A stretch of 64,000 nucleotides of DNA from Candidatus Eremiobacteria bacterium (GTDB lineage Bacteria; Vulcanimicrobiota; Vulcanimicrobiia; Vulcanimicrobiales; Vulcanimicrobiaceae): the NCBI GenBank assembly GCA_963758295.1, contig CAVWUU010000004.1:288001-352000 (forward strand), in the 5' to 3' direction. Position numbers and translations under genes: made by a program. The notes below the pieces were generated by a model. It ran no database searches and was not told where the DNA came from. It worked only from the letters and a program-made list of their open reading frames with translations. Shown here piece after piece: positions 9,903-19,990 of this stretch; within the stretch, counting starts at the first letter, position 1, and each line of letters starts with the position of its first letter.

Positions 9903-11306
9903 ATGACAAATCGGGCCATCGCGCGGCTGGCCGCAATCTTTGTCGCGCTCTTTGCGCTGCTCGCTTTGCGCCAAGCGTGGGTGCAGCTCGTACAGGGTCC
10001 CTCAATTGCGGCGAAGCCGTACAATCCTCGTCATGCCTTGCTCGATACCCGCCGGGGTCGCATCTTGGCGACCGATGGCACAGTCCTCGCGGCAACGCAG
10101 GGAACGACGCGCACGTATCCGCTAGGCGAATCGCTCGCGCAAACGCTCGGGTACGTCTCGAGCCGTTACGGGACAAGCGGCATCGAAGACGCTTACGATC
10201 GCGCGCTTACGCCCGCCGATACGACCGGCGATCCGCTAGCGCAGATTCAGGAAATCATCGCGTCGTTTCAAGGCAAGACGATGGTGTCTCACGGCGCGGA
10301 CGTCATCACCACCATCGTGCCCGCGATTCAAGATGAATTGTGGTCGCAACTGTCGCGCTACAATCGCGGCGCCGGCGTCGTGTTGGATCCGCGTACCGGC
10401 GCGGTGCTTGCGCTCGCGAGCGTTCCGAGCTACAACCCGAATACGGTCGATCACGATTTTGCGTCGCTGAACGGCGATCCGTCGAGTCCTTTGCTCGATC
10501 GCGCGATCGACGGGCTGTACCCGCCCGGCTCCACGTTCAAGATTTTCACCGCCGGGTCGGCTCTCGACGCGGGCACCGTTACGATGGATTCGCACTTCAG
10601 CGATCCCGGTTATCTGACCGTCGGCGATTTCACCCTTCACAACGATGAAACCGAAGCCACAGGTTATGCCGACTTAACCACGGCCTTTGCGCTATCAAGC
10701 AACGTCGACTTCGCGCAGATCGCCCTGAAGATGGGCACGGACACGTTCTACGATTACTTAGGTAAATGGGGGATCGGGAGTTCAGTCGACTTCCAGCTTC
10801 CCGCGGAAACGGATCGCGTGCCGGACAAGGCGTCTATCGTGCCCGGCGAGCTTGCTCAAATGGGCTTTGGGCAGGGGGCGCTGTTGATGACGCCTCTTCG
10901 CATGGCCCTGGTGGCCTCAACGATTGCCGACAACGGAAATGTGCCTCGACCCTACATCGTGCGCCAGATTGTCCGAAACGGCAACGTCGCGAGCGTGAGC
11001 GACCCTGGGACGCTCGCTTCCCCGGTCTCGGCGGACACCGCGGCAAACGTGAAGAAGATGATGATTGCGGTCGTGCAGCGGGGAACGGGCACGGTCGCGC
11101 GTCTTCCGGACGTCGTCGTCGCCGGAAAAACCGGAACGGCGACAAATCCGCATGGGCGCGCTCACTCGTGGTTCGTCTGTTTCGCGCCGGCCGATAACCC
11201 GCGGGTCGCCGTTGCGGTCATCGTCGAGAACGCCGGGTATGGCGCGGAAGTCGCGGCACCCATTGCGCGTGAGGTTCTGCGCACTGCACTGGAAAGACTG
11301 AAGTGA
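9903..11306 (+). CDS. pbpA: Class B penicillin-binding protein (PbpA-like transpeptidase)
   Basis: N-terminal TM; STFK, SSN and KTG motifs. Confidence 0.9.
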   Translation: MTNRAIARLAAIFVALFALLALRQAWVQLVQGPSIAAKPYNPRHALLDTRRGRILATDGTVLAATQGTTRTYPLGESLAQTLGYVSSRYGTSGIEDAYDRALTPADTTGDPLAQIQEIIASFQGKTMVSHGADVITTIVPAIQDELWSQLSRYNRGAGVVLDPRTGAVLALASVPSYNPNTVDHDFASLNGDPSSPLLDRAIDGLYPPGSTFKIFTAGSALDAGTVTMDSHFSDPGYLTVGDFTLHNDETEATGYADLTTAFALSSNVDFAQIALKMGTDTFYDYLGKWGIGSSVDFQLPAETDRVPDKASIVPGELAQMGFGQGALLMTPLRMALVASTIADNGNVPRPYIVRQIVRNGNVASVSDPGTLASPVSADTAANVKKMMIAVVQRGTGTVARLPDVVVAGKTGTATNPHGRAHSWFVCFAPADNPRVAVAVIVENAGYGAEVAAPIAREVLRTALERLK

Positions 11307-13381
11307 TCGAGCAAGAGACATTCAACAATCGATATAAACTCGATCGCAAACTTGGCGAGGGCGGCATGGCTACCGTCTACCGCGGCACCGATACGGTGCT
11401 CCGGCGGCGGGTGGCAATCAAGGTTCTTCGTCCGCAGTACGCGGCCGACGATGAGTTCGTGCGCCGCTTCTATCAAGAGGCCGAGTCCGCCGCGCGCCTA
11501 TCGCATCCGAATATCGTCAACACTTACGACGTGGGCCGCGAAGGCGACACGTACTACATCGTCATGGAACTCGTCGACGGGCCGTCGCTTGCTGAGATCA
11601 TCGCTGCCGACGGTAAACTGCCCGAGCCGGTCGCCATCGACTATGCCGCTCATATTTGCAACGGTCTCGCGTATGCGCACCGAACCGGGCTGCTGCATCG
11701 CGACGTCAAGCCGGCAAACATTCTCGTCACCAAAGACGACGTCGTAAAGCTTTCCGATTTCGGCATCGCGCGTGCCGTTTCACAGCATACGATGGCACTC
11801 ACGAAGCCGGGGCTCGTGATGGGCAGCGTGTACTACATTTCGCCGGAACAAGCGCAAGGTCACGACCTGCACGAGACCTCGGATCTCTATTCGGTCGGCG
11901 TCGTGCTCTACCAAATGATTACCGGCAAGCTGCCGTACACCGGGGAATCGCCCGTCACCGTCGCTTTGAAGCACATCGGCGATCCGGTGCCGGTGCTCGA
12001 TACGCGAGACCTGGGCATCAGTCCGGCGCTCGCGTCGGTCGTGAACAAACTGCTGCAGAAACGTCCCGAGAACCGTTTTCAATCCGCTAGCGAAGTCGCG
12101 ACGGCGTTGCGAGAAGCTCGCGAGCGACCGACGCACGCGCCGTATCAAATCGCGGACGACGCGCCCACGCATGCGTTCGGCTCGATGCCGCCGCCGCGCC
12201 GCTCGCCGATGCCCGATCACACCTACACATCAATCAGCGAAGACGAAGAACGCCGGTCGCGCATCGGATCGGGCGCCATTGCGGTTCTTATTGCGCTGGC
12301 GATCATCGCGACGATTGCGGGCTACCTGATTTTCGGACGGCAATTGCCCGTTCCGGACCTTGCGGCATCGGTGCCGGTTTCCGATTACACCAACATGTCG
12401 GACGCTCAGGCACAGCAAGCAATCGTAAACGAGGGCCTGAAATCTCGTATCATCAAGAGTCCAAGCGACACCGTCCCGGCCAATCACGTCATTCGGCAAA
12501 ATCCGGCAGCCGGAACGAAGGTCGATAAAAATTCGCTCGTCGAGCTCATCGTTAGCAACGGTCTGCCGTTGATCGGCCTGCGCGACGTGCGCGGATTTAC
12601 GGCAACGGACGCGCAGCGCACGCTAGAGGCCGACAAGTTCAAAGTGAAAGTGCTGCGCCGGTTCGATAACGCTCCAAAAGACAGCGTTGTGGACCAACAG
12701 CCGAAGCCCGGCGCGAACGTTCGACAGGGTTCGGCCGTCTCGCTCGTCGTCTCGAATGGTCCGCAGCCGATCCTCGCGCCGAACTTCATCGGTATGAACG
12801 TGAACGATGCGCTTGCTCTTGCGAAGAAGAGCGGCGTAACGTTGGACACGTCACAACGTGGTGCGTATCCCAGCGTGGCGAACAACGTCGTCGCGACGCA
12901 AGACATTGCGGCCGGCAATCAAATCGACCGCACGACGACCATTCACGCAATGATCAGCACGGGGCCGGAGGGCGGGTCGTCTTCGCAGGCCGTCGGCGTG
13001 CCGAACGTCGTAAACATGAACTACGCCGATGCGATCTCGCAGTTGAACGGTGCCGGCTTTACGGCGGCGGTGAAGTTCTCGGTGCAGCCCGATAAGAACG
13101 AATTGATCGTCGGACAGGATCCCGATCCCACGACGCAAGCCGCGAGCGGTTCGACCGTGACCGTGACACTGTCGGTTCCCGGCGAAGTGCCGGACACCGA
13201 AGGCATGACGCTCGCTGATGCCCAGGCAAAGTTACTCGCAAACGGCTATCCCGTGAACAAGATCGAGTACACGACGACGGCCGGCGCCGACGGGAAAGTC
13301 GTCGGAACGCAACCCGAGGCCGGAACGACGACGCAGCCCGGCTCCGCGGTGACGCTGATCGTCAACGGCGTGCAGCACTGA
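11303..13381 (+). CDS. pknB: PASTA-domain Ser/Thr protein kinase (PknB/Stk1/PrkC)
   Basis: GEGGMATVY, HRDVKPAN, DFG, YISPEQA; TM helix; several PASTA repeats. Confidence 0.95.
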   Translation: MIEQETFNNRYKLDRKLGEGGMATVYRGTDTVLRRRVAIKVLRPQYAADDEFVRRFYQEAESAARLSHPNIVNTYDVGREGDTYYIVMELVDGPSLAEIIAADGKLPEPVAIDYAAHICNGLAYAHRTGLLHRDVKPANILVTKDDVVKLSDFGIARAVSQHTMALTKPGLVMGSVYYISPEQAQGHDLHETSDLYSVGVVLYQMITGKLPYTGESPVTVALKHIGDPVPVLDTRDLGISPALASVVNKLLQKRPENRFQSASEVATALREARERPTHAPYQIADDAPTHAFGSMPPPRRSPMPDHTYTSISEDEERRSRIGSGAIAVLIALAIIATIAGYLIFGRQLPVPDLAASVPVSDYTNMSDAQAQQAIVNEGLKSRIIKSPSDTVPANHVIRQNPAAGTKVDKNSLVELIVSNGLPLIGLRDVRGFTATDAQRTLEADKFKVKVLRRFDNAPKDSVVDQQPKPGANVRQGSAVSLVVSNGPQPILAPNFIGMNVNDALALAKKSGVTLDTSQRGAYPSVANNVVATQDIAAGNQIDRTTTIHAMISTGPEGGSSSQAVGVPNVVNMNYADAISQLNGAGFTAAVKFSVQPDKNELIVGQDPDPTTQAASGSTVTVTLSVPGEVPDTEGMTLADAQAKLLANGYPVNKIEYTTTAGADGKVVGTQPEAGTTTQPGSAVTLIVNGVQH

Positions 13382-13869
13382 TGCGGGTGCTGGGCATCGA
13401 TCCGGCACTTCGCGTCACGGGGTATGGGGTGGTGGAACGCTCCGGCCGCACGATTGCGCTTGTCGAAGCCGGCGTCGTGTCGCCGCGTACGGATCGCCCT
13501 TTGGAACAGCGGCTGGCGGAACTCTACGGCGGGATCGTCGAGATTCTCGAGCAGACGAAGCCCGACATCGTCGTCATCGAAGAACTCTACACAACCTACA
13601 AGAATCCAACAACGGCAATTCTTATGGGACACGCGCGCGGCGTGATGTGCTTGGCAAGCGCGCAAGCCGGCGTCCCGGTGCAGACGCTTGGACACTCGCA
13701 CGTGAAACGCGCTCTCGTCGGTTCAGGGGCCGCCCGCAAAGACCAGGTGAATGCCATGGTAACGCATCTTTTGAAGTTGCGGACGGCGCCGAAGCCGAAT
13801 GACGTTTCCGATGCGCTTGCCATCGCCCTCGCTTATATGAACATGCAAACAAATGTTTTCGCGCATTAG
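13381..13869 (+). CDS. ruvC: Holliday junction resolvase RuvC
   Basis: LGIDP, VVIEE, DVSDALAIA acidic catalytic motifs. Confidence 0.95.
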   Translation: MRVLGIDPALRVTGYGVVERSGRTIALVEAGVVSPRTDRPLEQRLAELYGGIVEILEQTKPDIVVIEELYTTYKNPTTAILMGHARGVMCLASAQAGVPVQTLGHSHVKRALVGSGAARKDQVNAMVTHLLKLRTAPKPNDVSDALAIALAYMNMQTNVFAH

Positions 13870-14488
13870 GGGTTCGCTCGTCGAACGCGATCACGACCGC
13901 GTCGTGTTGGATGTAAACGGCCTTGGCTACGAACTGCTGTTGCCGCCGTGCGTGGCGGAGAAGATTACGGCTCCGCCCGGCGAACCGGTGGCGCTGGAAG
14001 TTTTCGCCGTCTTGAACATGGACGGGAACAGCGGCCACTTCAGCTACTACGGCTTTACCAACGCGATCGAGCGAGAATTCTTCGAGGCACTCTTGAGCGT
14101 TGCGTCGATCGGCCCACGCTCGGCAGCCCGCGCGTTTTCGCAGCCGATGTCCTCGATTGCGAGCGCCATCGATCGCGGCGATCATGCGTATTTGAAGACG
14201 TTGCCCGGGATCGGACAGCAAAAGGCTCGCGACATCGTCGCGAAGCTGCAAGGCAAAGTCGCGAAGTTTCTGTTGATTCAAGACGCCGTTCCGGCGGGGC
14301 CCGAAGCGATGCCCGATTTTGCCGACGAAGCCCTTGCGGTGCTGTTGCAATTGGAATACAAACGTCCCGAAGCCGAGGCGATGATTCGCGAAACGCTCGA
14401 AAGCGCACCGTCTATGAAAGATGCGGAGAAGCTTCTCGCCGAAATCTACCGGCGTAAAGCTGCGCGCGCTCAAGGAACGCCCGCATGA
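13853..14488 (+). CDS. ruvA: Holliday junction branch migration protein RuvA
   Basis: VNGLGYE, HhH motifs SIGPRSA and LPGIGQQKA; lies between ruvC and ruvB. Confidence 0.93.
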   Translation: MFSRIRGSLVERDHDRVVLDVNGLGYELLLPPCVAEKITAPPGEPVALEVFAVLNMDGNSGHFSYYGFTNAIEREFFEALLSVASIGPRSAARAFSQPMSSIASAIDRGDHAYLKTLPGIGQQKARDIVAKLQGKVAKFLLIQDAVPAGPEAMPDFADEALAVLLQLEYKRPEAEAMIRETLESAPSMKDAEKLLAEIYRRKAARAQGTPA

Positions 14489-15573
14489 GCGATTCGGGCG
14501 CGCGCAAACGGCTGCTTGGGCCGGATGCAGTCGAGGACGCAGTCGCCGGTGCGGCCGACGAGCGAATCGTCGACCCGGCCGACACCCTTGAAGACGAGGT
14601 CTACGGCGCAAGTCTTCGACCGCGGACGTTCGCCGATTACGTCGGCCAAACGAACGTCGTGGAGAATTTGCGCATTTCCATCGACGCAGCAAAGCGTCGC
14701 GGCGAACCGCTCGAGCACGTCTTGTTCTACGGACCGCCGGGCCTTGGCAAAACGACATTGTCGGGACTGATTGCGCGTGAACTAGGTGCAAATTTTCGCC
14801 CGACGAGTGGCCCGACGCTCGAGAAACCTAAAGATTTGGTAGGCATCCTTACGGCGCTCGAAGATGGTGACGTCCTCTTTATCGACGAGATCCATCGCTT
14901 GGGCCGCGTGGTCGAAGAATTTTTGTATCCTGCGATGGAAGATTTTCAAATCGACTTCGTCGTCGATCGCGGCGCGTTTGCGAAGACCATCAAATTGCCG
15001 CTCAAACGCTTCACGCTCGTCGGCGCCACGACGCGCGCCGGCATGTTGACCGCGCCGCTGCGCGAGCGTTTCGGCATCGTTCACCATCTCGATTACTATG
15101 GCGTTGCCGAACTCGAGCGCATCGTGACGCGTTCCGCTACGGTGCTGAACGTGCCCATCGACGGTGACGGCGCCGTAACGATTGCGAGACGCAGCCGCGG
15201 TACGCCGCGCATTGCGAACCGGTTGCTGCGCCGCGTGCGCGATTACGCCGAAGTGCGTGCCGAAGGATCGATCACCGCGAGCGTAGCCGATGAAGCGTTG
15301 CGGCGTGAGGGCGTGGACGAACTCGGATTGGATCGTCTCGACCGCGCGTTTCTGCGAACGATCGTCGAGCACTACGGCGGCGGCCCCGTCGGTCTTGGCG
15401 CCATCGCCGCAACGTTGACCGAAGATGCGGAAACCCTCGAGGACGTCGTCGAGCCCTACTTGCTCAAACACGGATTCGTGATGCGTACCGCGAGTGGCCG
15501 CAAAGCCACGCCCGAAGCCTACCGGCATCTTGGCGCCATTCCAAGAACCGGTTCTCAGGAGCGCCTTTTCTAG
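14485..15573 (+). CDS. ruvB: Holliday junction branch migration helicase RuvB
   Basis: [44 protein letters not shown]. Confidence 0.97.
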   Translation: MSDSGARKRLLGPDAVEDAVAGAADERIVDPADTLEDEVYGASLRPRTFADYVGQTNVVENLRISIDAAKRRGEPLEHVLFYGPPGLGKTTLSGLIARELGANFRPTSGPTLEKPKDLVGILTALEDGDVLFIDEIHRLGRVVEEFLYPAMEDFQIDFVVDRGAFAKTIKLPLKRFTLVGATTRAGMLTAPLRERFGIVHHLDYYGVAELERIVTRSATVLNVPIDGDGAVTIARRSRGTPRIANRLLRRVRDYAEVRAEGSITASVADEALRREGVDELGLDRLDRAFLRTIVEHYGGGPVGLGAIAATLTEDAETLEDVVEPYLLKHGFVMRTASGRKATPEAYRHLGAIPRTGSQERLF

Positions 15574-16583
15574 TGCGCCGCTCGCACTTCTTGAAGACGG
15601 CCGCCATTGCATCTGCTGCAGTGGCCGTCCCGTCGCTGGCGTACGCAGGAACCGAACAAGAAGACTTCGACCCGGCTACCAGCGCGGCGACGCAGTCCCT
15701 CCGCGTCCTGCTGGGACCAGGGACGGCGTCCGCGATGCCGGGCGGGTTCACGTTCGACGGCCGCCCATACCGCGGCACGTTTTTACGAACGAGCGACGGC
15801 TCCATCGTCAGCACCGTCACGCTGGAGGAGTATCTGTACAGCGTCGTGCCGCGCGAGATGACCGCGTCGTGGCCGGCCGCAGCGCTGGAAGCTCAGGCTA
15901 TCTGCGCGCGAACGTACGTGCTGCAACGCAGCAATCCGCGACGCAACTACGACGTCGTTCCATCGGAGCTCGACCAAGTGTACGGCGGGGTCGCGTCGGA
16001 ATCGGCGGCGGCACGCGCAGCGGTCGACGCGACCAACGGACAAGTGCTGCACTTCGGCAATGACTTCGCGCAAGTGATGTATTCGTCGTGTTGCGGCGGA
16101 CACACCGAGGCTTCGAGCGAGGCGTGGGGCGGCGCACCGTTTGCCTATCTGAACGGCGTGCCGTGTCCGTACTGTTCCGCCTCGCCGCAGTACCGGTGGC
16201 AGCGTGAGGTCGACGGCAACGCCATCTCGACGGCGTTTGCGAACGAGTTGCAACCGTTCGGCATGCTGCAGAATATTCGCATCTCGGCCGGCGACTCCAG
16301 CGGGCGGGCGCGCATGGTGGAGCTGGTAGCCGAACGTGGTTCGGCATTCGTACGCGGCAGCGTCTTTCGCTTGCGCGTCGGCGCTCGCGTCATTCCCAGC
16401 CTGCTCATTACGAAGATCGATGACTCGCCGGCCGCGCCCGGCCGCTTCGCCATCGAAGGCGGAGGTCTGGGGCACGGAGTCGGCCTTTGCCAGTGGGGTG
16501 CGCGGGGTTACGCGCTTTCCGGCGGCTCAACGCGCGATATCTTAGGCCTATATTTTCCGGGTACGGACATCGTGCATGACTGA
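15573..16583 (+). CDS. SpoIID/LytB-domain lytic transglycosylase-like protein with Tat-like signal peptide
   Basis: LEEYLYSVVPREM, ALEAQAICARTY, GHGVGLCQWGA; N-terminus MRRSHFLK...AYA. Confidence 0.9.
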   Translation: MRRSHFLKTAAIASAAVAVPSLAYAGTEQEDFDPATSAATQSLRVLLGPGTASAMPGGFTFDGRPYRGTFLRTSDGSIVSTVTLEEYLYSVVPREMTASWPAAALEAQAICARTYVLQRSNPRRNYDVVPSELDQVYGGVASESAAARAAVDATNGQVLHFGNDFAQVMYSSCCGGHTEASSEAWGGAPFAYLNGVPCPYCSASPQYRWQREVDGNAISTAFANELQPFGMLQNIRISAGDSSGRARMVELVAERGSAFVRGSVFRLRVGARVIPSLLITKIDDSPAAPGRFAIEGGGLGHGVGLCQWGARGYALSGGSTRDILGLYFPGTDIVHD

Positions 16584-16908
16584 AGCTCGCAGTTCCCTTC
16601 GGCTACGCAAATACATCGACGTGGTGGTCGAAGACCCGCTTTCCGCAATGCTCTTTCGTGGAGCGGTTGCGGATATTTCGCCGACCGGCATGCGCATTAT
16701 CGCCGATCAGTATCTGCCCGTCGGAACGAAATACACGTTCACAATGAAGCGCAACCCGTTTCTAAAGTTGCGCGGGGAAGTGCGGTGGGTGAAGCCTTTC
16801 GAAGGCGAGACGTATCAGGTCGGGGTGCTGATCGTCGACGCAAGCGAAGACGACAATAAACGGCTCTTGAATTTTCTGGAACTGGAACAAAAACGTCTGA
16901 CGACCTGA
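16576..16908 (+). CDS. Single-domain PilZ protein
   Basis: RxxxR (RSSLR) and DxSxxG (DISPTG) motifs; GEVRW. Confidence 0.85.
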   Translation: MTEARSSLRLRKYIDVVVEDPLSAMLFRGAVADISPTGMRIIADQYLPVGTKYTFTMKRNPFLKLRGEVRWVKPFEGETYQVGVLIVDASEDDNKRLLNFLELEQKRLTT

Positions 16909-17960
16909 ACCTTGCGGCGGCGTACGATTTCGAGCTTCCCGAGGACTTGATCGCTCAGCATCCGGCGGCGGAACGCGACGCGAGCCGCCTGATGGTGCTC
17001 GGCGACGATCGAATCGAACACCGAGTCTTTCGCGACATTCCGCACTACTTCCGAAGCGGCGACGTGCTCGTGTTGAACGAAACGCGAGTAATTGCCGCGC
17101 GTGTCTTTGGAACGCGTCCGCACACCGGCGGCCGCGTGGAAGTGCTTTTGCTGCATCCGGCTGAGTCAATGCGCTACGATCCCCTTGCAACGACGTGGAT
17201 CGCGTTGCTGCGGCCGGCGCGGCGGCTCAAAACCGGCGAACGCATCGCCTTCGCCGGCTTGGGAGAAGCCGTCGTCACAGCGGAGCTCGATGAAGGCCTG
17301 CGCGAGTTGCTCTTCGAGCTCGGCGTACCGTTCGAAACGTTCCTAGAGCAAGCCGGCCGCCTGCCGCTTCCCCCGTATATCCGTAACGATAGCGAAGAAG
17401 CGCAGGAACGCTATCAGACCGTCTTTGCGCGGACGCCGGGAAGTGTCGCGGCGCCGACGGCCTCGCTGCATTTTACGCCGCAACTCCTCGACGAGTTACA
17501 GGCACACGGAGTTGAACTGGTGCATTTGACTTTGGACGTTGGACTTGGGACGTTCCGCCCCATGAAGACCGAACGGCTTGACGAGCATACGATGCACGCC
17601 GAAAGTTACGAAATTCCGGTGACGACTGCCGACGCAATCGCCCGCGCAAAACGGGAAGGACGCCGGGTGATTGCGGCCGGAACGACGGTCATGCGGGCAC
17701 TGGAAGGCAATGCGGCGCGCCACGGGCACGTCGTCGCAGGAGAAGATGAAACCGATATTTTCATTCGCCCGGGGTTCGAATTTCAAGTCGTCGACGCGAT
17801 GATTACCAATTTCCATCTGCCCCAATCGACCTTGCTCGTGCTCGTGAGCGCGTTCGCCGGACGCGAGCGAATGCTGCATGCATATCGTGAAGCGGTCGAG
17901 CAGCGCTACCGGTTCTTTTCGTTCGGTGACGCGATGTTTCTGACGCGAGCGAAGCTGTAG
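16905..17960 (+). CDS. queA: S-adenosylmethionine:tRNA ribosyltransferase-isomerase; start uncertain (CTG 16905, ACG 16893 or TTG 16947)
   Basis: IAQHP, LNETRVI, LPLPPYI, GSVAAPTASLHFT, TNFHLP, YRFFSFGDAM. Confidence 0.93.
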   Translation: MNLAAAYDFELPEDLIAQHPAAERDASRLMVLGDDRIEHRVFRDIPHYFRSGDVLVLNETRVIAARVFGTRPHTGGRVEVLLLHPAESMRYDPLATTWIALLRPARRLKTGERIAFAGLGEAVVTAELDEGLRELLFELGVPFETFLEQAGRLPLPPYIRNDSEEAQERYQTVFARTPGSVAAPTASLHFTPQLLDELQAHGVELVHLTLDVGLGTFRPMKTERLDEHTMHAESYEIPVTTADAIARAKREGRRVIAAGTTVMRALEGNAARHGHVVAGEDETDIFIRPGFEFQVVDAMITNFHLPQSTLLVLVSAFAGRERMLHAYREAVEQRYRFFSFGDAMFLTRAKL

Positions 17961-17964
17961 CGCA

Positions 17965-18951
17965 ATGAAATACGTCGCAGTCGATGCGCCCGGTGACCCG
18001 TCGGTCTTGCGCGTCGCCGAAGGGCCGGTACCGGCACCAGAAGCCGGCGAAGTGCTGATTGAAGTCGAGGCGGCGGGCGTTACGCGCGCCGATACCATGC
18101 AGCGCGCCGGAAAGTATCCGCCACCGCCTGCTGCTTCGCCCGTTCTTGGACTGGAAGTCTCGGGCACCATTGCGAAGCTCGGCGAAGGCGTTACAAGGTT
18201 CGCGGAAGGCGACCGCGTCGTTGCGCTCGTCAACGGCGGAGGCTACGCCGAATACGCCACCGCGCCCGCGGGTCAAGTGCTGCCGTTGCCGGAGGAATGG
18301 TCGTTTGTCGAAGGAGCGACGCTGCCGGAAAATGCCTTTACCGTCTACGATAATCTAATCGTACGCGCCCGTTTAGCAAAAGATGACGTCGTGCTGATCC
18401 ATGGCGGAACGAGCGGCATTGGAACGACGGCGATCATGTTGGCGCGAGCGCTTAGTGCGCACGTTATTGCAACCGCCGGATCCCAGGAAAAGTGCGAGGC
18501 CATTCTCGCGCTCGGCGCGCAAGCCGCGATCGATTATAAGACAAGTGATTTCGTCGTGGACGTGAAAAAATATACGAACGACCGCGGCGTTGACGTCGTC
18601 TTGGACTTGGTCGGCGGCTCGTATCTCAACCGCGATCTTCAATGTCTTGCGATGGATGGCCGCATCGCTTGCATCGCAACTTCGGGCGGCATCGAGTCGA
18701 CAATCGACCTACGCCTCTTACTGCACCGGCGCGCTTCAATTCTCGGCTCCAGCCTTCGCCCTCGCACCGGCGCCGAAAAGGCTGAGATCGCCGCCGGATT
18801 GCTCGCCGACATCTGGCCTTTACTGCCGGCTCGCGATCTTATCCATCCCGTCGTCGATTCCGTTCTCACGTTTTCCGGCGCATCGCAGGCGCATGCCCGT
18901 CTGGAGAGCAGTGCTCACATTGGAAAAATCGTTTTGGTTCCCGGCCCGTGA
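17965..18951 (+). CDS. NAD(P)H-quinone oxidoreductase (MDR, PIG3-like)
   Basis: GLEVSG, GGGYAEY, HGGTSGIG, HIGKIVL. Confidence 0.9.
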   Translation: MKYVAVDAPGDPSVLRVAEGPVPAPEAGEVLIEVEAAGVTRADTMQRAGKYPPPPAASPVLGLEVSGTIAKLGEGVTRFAEGDRVVALVNGGGYAEYATAPAGQVLPLPEEWSFVEGATLPENAFTVYDNLIVRARLAKDDVVLIHGGTSGIGTTAIMLARALSAHVIATAGSQEKCEAILALGAQAAIDYKTSDFVVDVKKYTNDRGVDVVLDLVGGSYLNRDLQCLAMDGRIACIATSGGIESTIDLRLLLHRRASILGSSLRPRTGAEKAEIAAGLLADIWPLLPARDLIHPVVDSVLTFSGASQAHARLESSAHIGKIVLVPGP

Positions 18952-19135
18952 TAAGAGCCGCGCGACGCCGATTAGCAATGCGCAATGTGCGCCGCTTGGC
19001 CCATCCCTATTATGAACCGCAGGCTCGCTAACGCAGACGAGTTGAAACCGAGCGAGCATGGAGGAAGTTGGTAGTAGAAGTTCCCAATGCAACAAGTCGT
19101 ACTCTTACGGTTCTCTTTAGAAAGTGAAAGGGCTC

Positions 19136-19723
19136 ATGAACGTCTATACGCCGAAGAAGTGGGATCTATCGGGCCTGCAAGGGATTTCCGATGAAACTCT
19201 CCAGATTCACTTCGGCCTGTACGAAGGCTACGTGAAGAACACCAACACGCTCAACGAACGCATTACCGAACTACGCCAGTCCGGAAAGGCGTCGGGCGCG
19301 GATCCGGCCTATGCGGAACTCGTCCGCCGTTTGGGTTGGGAGTTCGACGGCATGCGTCTCCACGAATATTACTTCGATAATCTTACGAAGTCGGCGTCGG
19401 CGCTAAGTTCGGGCAAGCTCTACGACACGCTGGGCGAGCAATACGGCGGGTTCGATACCTGGAAGAAAGATTTCGCTGCCGTCGGCGGCATGCGAGGCAT
19501 CGGCTGGGCGGTGGCGTACCACGACCCGGTCGCCAAGCAAATTGTAAACGTATGGATTGGCGATCACAACGTCAATAATCTTGCGGGATGCGAGCCGGTC
19601 CTGGTGATGGATCTGTGGGAACACGCGTGGTTTCGCGATTACAAGCCCGCCGATAAAGGCAAGTACATCGAAGCATTCCTTGCCAACGTCGACTGGAAAG
19701 CGGCCGAAGCGCGCCTTCCGTGA
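19136..19723 (+). CDS. Fe/Mn superoxide dismutase family protein
   Basis: Metal ligands in IHFGLY, LHEYYF and DLWEHA; alternative GTG start at 19124. Confidence 0.92.
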   Translation: MNVYTPKKWDLSGLQGISDETLQIHFGLYEGYVKNTNTLNERITELRQSGKASGADPAYAELVRRLGWEFDGMRLHEYYFDNLTKSASALSSGKLYDTLGEQYGGFDTWKKDFAAVGGMRGIGWAVAYHDPVAKQIVNVWIGDHNVNNLAGCEPVLVMDLWEHAWFRDYKPADKGKYIEAFLANVDWKAAEARLP

Positions 19724-19727
19724 ATTG

Positions 19728-19755
19728 TTGACTCACGTCGGTTTTCGGGTAGAAC
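19728..19755 (+). promoter_or_regulatory. Sigma70-like promoter, probably leaderless
   Basis: TTGACT-16 nt-TAGAAC-6 nt-ATG; no SD. Confidence 0.5.
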
Positions 19756-19761
19756 GCTCGC

Positions 19762-19956
19762 ATGGACCAGGAACGTACGAAGACGCCAGGCGAGCGTGGC
19801 GAGATCGCCAAGGAAGTCGAACGTAAGGACCAAGAGATGTACGAGCAAGAGCGACGCGGCGAGAAATCGCACGATAAGCTCAAAGGCTACGACAAGACGG
19901 ACGCCGACTCGTTTCCCGCGAGCGATCCGCCACCGGCACAATCGACAACGGAATAA
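19762..19956 (+). CDS. Small hydrophilic protein with SFPASDPP motif
   Basis: 64-aa ORF between a promoter-like site and a terminator; DADSFPASDPP. Confidence 0.7.
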   Translation: MDQERTKTPGERGEIAKEVERKDQEMYEQERRGEKSHDKLKGYDKTDADSFPASDPPPAQSTTE

Positions 19957-19990
19957 AAAGAAGGGACGGCGTTATGCCGTCCCTTTCGTT
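19955..19990. terminator. Probable bidirectional intrinsic terminator
   Basis: Stem aagggacggc (19961-70) / gccgtccctt (19976-85), with an A-tract on the left and T-rich sequence on the right, between convergent genes. Confidence 0.8.
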
